A stretch of DNA of 64,000 nucleotides from the human T2T-CHM13v2.0 reference genome, Homo sapiens: assembly GCF_009914755.1 (NCBI RefSeq), contig NC_060940.1, one strand, 5' to 3'. Below are positions 61,488 through 64,000 of this stretch, piece by piece. The first letter of the stretch is position 1, and every line of letters starts with the position of its first letter. Below the pieces are notes generated by a model. The model worked only from the letters and a program-made list of their open reading frames with translations, made no database searches and was not told where the DNA came from. Position numbers and translations under genes: made by a program.

Positions 61488-61714
61488 ATAGCATATTCAA
61501 GATGATCAAAACTGGAAGCACAGCTGAGATCTCTGATTTTATCATTTACAATTGTCTAGATGATCATAAAATATGGCATATATAATGTATATGTTGTATA
61601 TATGTTGTATATAGATATGTGCCATATTTTATGATCATTTAGGCAATTGTAAAAGATAAATGAAATCAGACATCTCAGCTATGCTTCCAGTTTTGACCAT
61701 CTTGACTAGGCTAT
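61488..61714. repeat. Long imperfect palindrome (arms about 96 and 100 bp, 31-nt TA-rich spacer)
   Basis: 61488-61583 aligns to the reverse complement of 61615-61714 with 9 substitutions and one 4-nt indel (hand count). Confidence 0.95.
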
Positions 61715-63289
61715 TATATAATTTTCCCTATTTATTTCCATAGTGCCCATGGGGTTGGCTGAATGCGTGAAGACAGACTTCCAGGTAGTCAGTAAACACA
61801 CTTACATAATCCTTTATGAATTGCCAACATAATCTCTCTAACAACTACTAAGCTTCAAAATTGTTGACTTGTTTGTGGTTTGTGACAATAAAGGATGTAG
61901 GGTCTTTAATAGTAAAACAAGCAGAAATTTTTCAAACTCTAACCTTTTGAGATTTAAACAGTTTCCTGATTTGGTCCAAGACCACCATATTCAAAAACAT
62001 TAGAAAAAAATTACCATTTGCAATAACAAATTTCAGTAGAATGGATTTTGAAGCAAGACCTATGATCCTAAGACTGTGACATGTATTCTGTGGGTTTTTT
62101 TTTTTGTGGGGTGGGGGGTTGTTTTTTTTCTTGCTTTTCCCTCCTCTACTTTTCCCTTTATTTAGTACTCTGGTAATTCCAGGAAAGATACTTTGCCATT
62201 AGTCTACAGTGACTCAAGCCTTCTAAAGTTTATTATAAATCCAATACAATTCTACAGTTGCACTGTGGGTATCTTCTTGATGCACTTCAGCTAAAGAATT
62301 ATACAAACTATTTCCCCCTCACCCGTACTTGCAGTAAAAACTTGATAAGGCACTGTTTAAATCAGGTTTGATAGAAAAAGAGCTATAAACACGTTAGAAC
62401 AGTTTTAAACGAACTATTTCAAAATGTACAAAAGCCATATAAGTGCCAAGTTATAGCACTGCACACCATATTCTGCAACTAAGAACCTAAGAGTCTCTCC
62501 ATTAAAAATCCTATTTTCAGTGCTTCATAGCACTTGTATAAAAATCCCATCTGAACCAAGATTAAGGATATAAGGCCTCAGTGAAAGAGCAAGATATTGT
62601 GGTTTGTTTAAAGCTTTCAAAAATTTTTAAAACTGTTGAGTTAATGTAGACCAATAATCTACAGATTATATTCACTTTGGTTTTGTCTTTTTATTGTAGA
62701 AAATATTAAAAATGTATGTTTTGGTGATGCAGATGGTCAAGACTAAATAATAATGAAATGTATCTTATTTCTATCATATTATTTCTTACTCCAAATCACT
62801 AGTTATGAATTAGTTTGTTAGTGATTAAAAAAAGGTATTGCTTGTGAAAATATCTTACCTAGCAGTTCAGGATATTTATGGCATATCATTTCAGTAAATG
62901 GGTAATGTATGCAATAAATGCATTTTCCTAGATTTTTGCTAGTTAAATAATAAAAATCTCTAATTATTCTTGTTCAGCTGGTGCCAAGTAGTGAAGCTTT
63001 TATAAGCCTGCTTGGTAAGACCACTCTCAGATGTTTAATTTATATAATTTAATATTGTATTAAATAATGTAAAAATGTTTATATAATTTATGTATATAAT
63101 CCATTACATAATGTTTTTACTCACAAAGAAATGGTAAATGGAAAAACGTGGGATAACACCCATGTTTGAGAGATTACACTGGAGAGTCCCTCGTTCCCTG
63201 TGGTTCCATGTGAATAGTATAGTCACTTCAGACATCATAGGGTTTCAGTTTTCTGTGTCCTGTAAGAATTGGTGCCCACTGGATATTTT

Positions 63290-64000
63290 TTAAGTTATTT
63301 AATCATGATAGGAAGATATATCATGAGATCAAACCTCTGAACAAAATGTTAAATGTATAATACATTATTGTTGACTATAGATACAGTGTTGTACAGAAGA
63401 GCTCTAGAGCTTACCTATTGTATTTAACTGAAAGTTTATGGTGTTGATTAGTAACTCTCCAAGTACACCTTTCCCAGTCCTGGAAAACCACCATGCCACT
63501 TTCTGATTCTATGAATTTGATTATTTCAGATACTTCATATAAGTGGAATCATGCAGTATGTGTCTTTCTGTGACTGGCTTCATGTAGCATAATGTCCCCA
63601 AGTTTCATCCACATTGTTACATAGTGTAGAATTTCCTTCTTTTTTTGTTAAGGCTGAACAGTATTTCATTGCACATTTATATCATACTTTCTTCATCTGT
63701 CAGTGGACATTTAGATTGTTTCAACATTTTGGCCATTATCAATAGAAGTGCTCTTAACACAGGAGTGCTAATATCTCTTCTAGGTCCTGATTTCAATAAT
63801 TTTGGTTAAATACCCAGAAGTGGGATTACTGGAACACAAGATAGTTCTATTTTTAATTTTTTATAAACCTCCATACTGTTTTCCATAGAAGCTGCACCAT
63901 TTTGCATTTTAACCAACCGCATAGAGTTTCAGTTTCTCTACATCCTCAGCGATGCTTCTTGTGTGTGTGTGTGTGTGTGTGTGTGTGTCTGAATAGCCAT
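63290..64000 (-). mobile_element. L1MA/L1MB 3' end, running off the window
   Basis: atacttcatataagtggaatcatgcagtat...aaatacccagaagtgggattactgg...ctccatactgttttccatag. Confidence 0.88.
63960..63988. repeat. (GT)n microsatellite
   Basis: About 14 units seen directly. Confidence 0.95.

Overview
AT-rich, CpG-depleted great-ape (probably human) genomic DNA with no CpG island and no protein-coding exon I can support. It reads as intronic or intergenic sequence, and I cannot name the locus. A large share is interspersed repeat: 12 Alu elements (J, S and Y types), L1 (a young 5'-inverted L1PA2 with intact TSDs, older L1PA and L1M pieces), L2, MIR, MaLR LTRs (MLT1, MSTA, THE1), a MER66-like ERV1 solo LTR, a degraded ERVL provirus (LTR33-like LTRs plus an integrase remnant), DNA transposons (MER58A, MER5A, MER44, Tigger3, MER63) and microsatellites. 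All long ORFs are L1 ORF2 remnants or repeat artefacts. I found no new multi-gene system. The most interesting signals are three local inverted-copy structures that repeat annotation does not explain: (i) a perfect 24-bp-stem, pre-miRNA-sized hairpin inside the ERVL integrase fossil (58746-58807); (ii) a ~190-bp inverted templated insertion with a 14-bp target-site duplication, copied from 1.8 kb away (16510-16699 vs 18473-18655); (iii) a ~227-bp fold-back palindrome (61488-61714). There are also candidate non-coding exons on the + strand. Repeat family names come from recalled consensus sequences, not a search, and boundaries of old elements are approximate.
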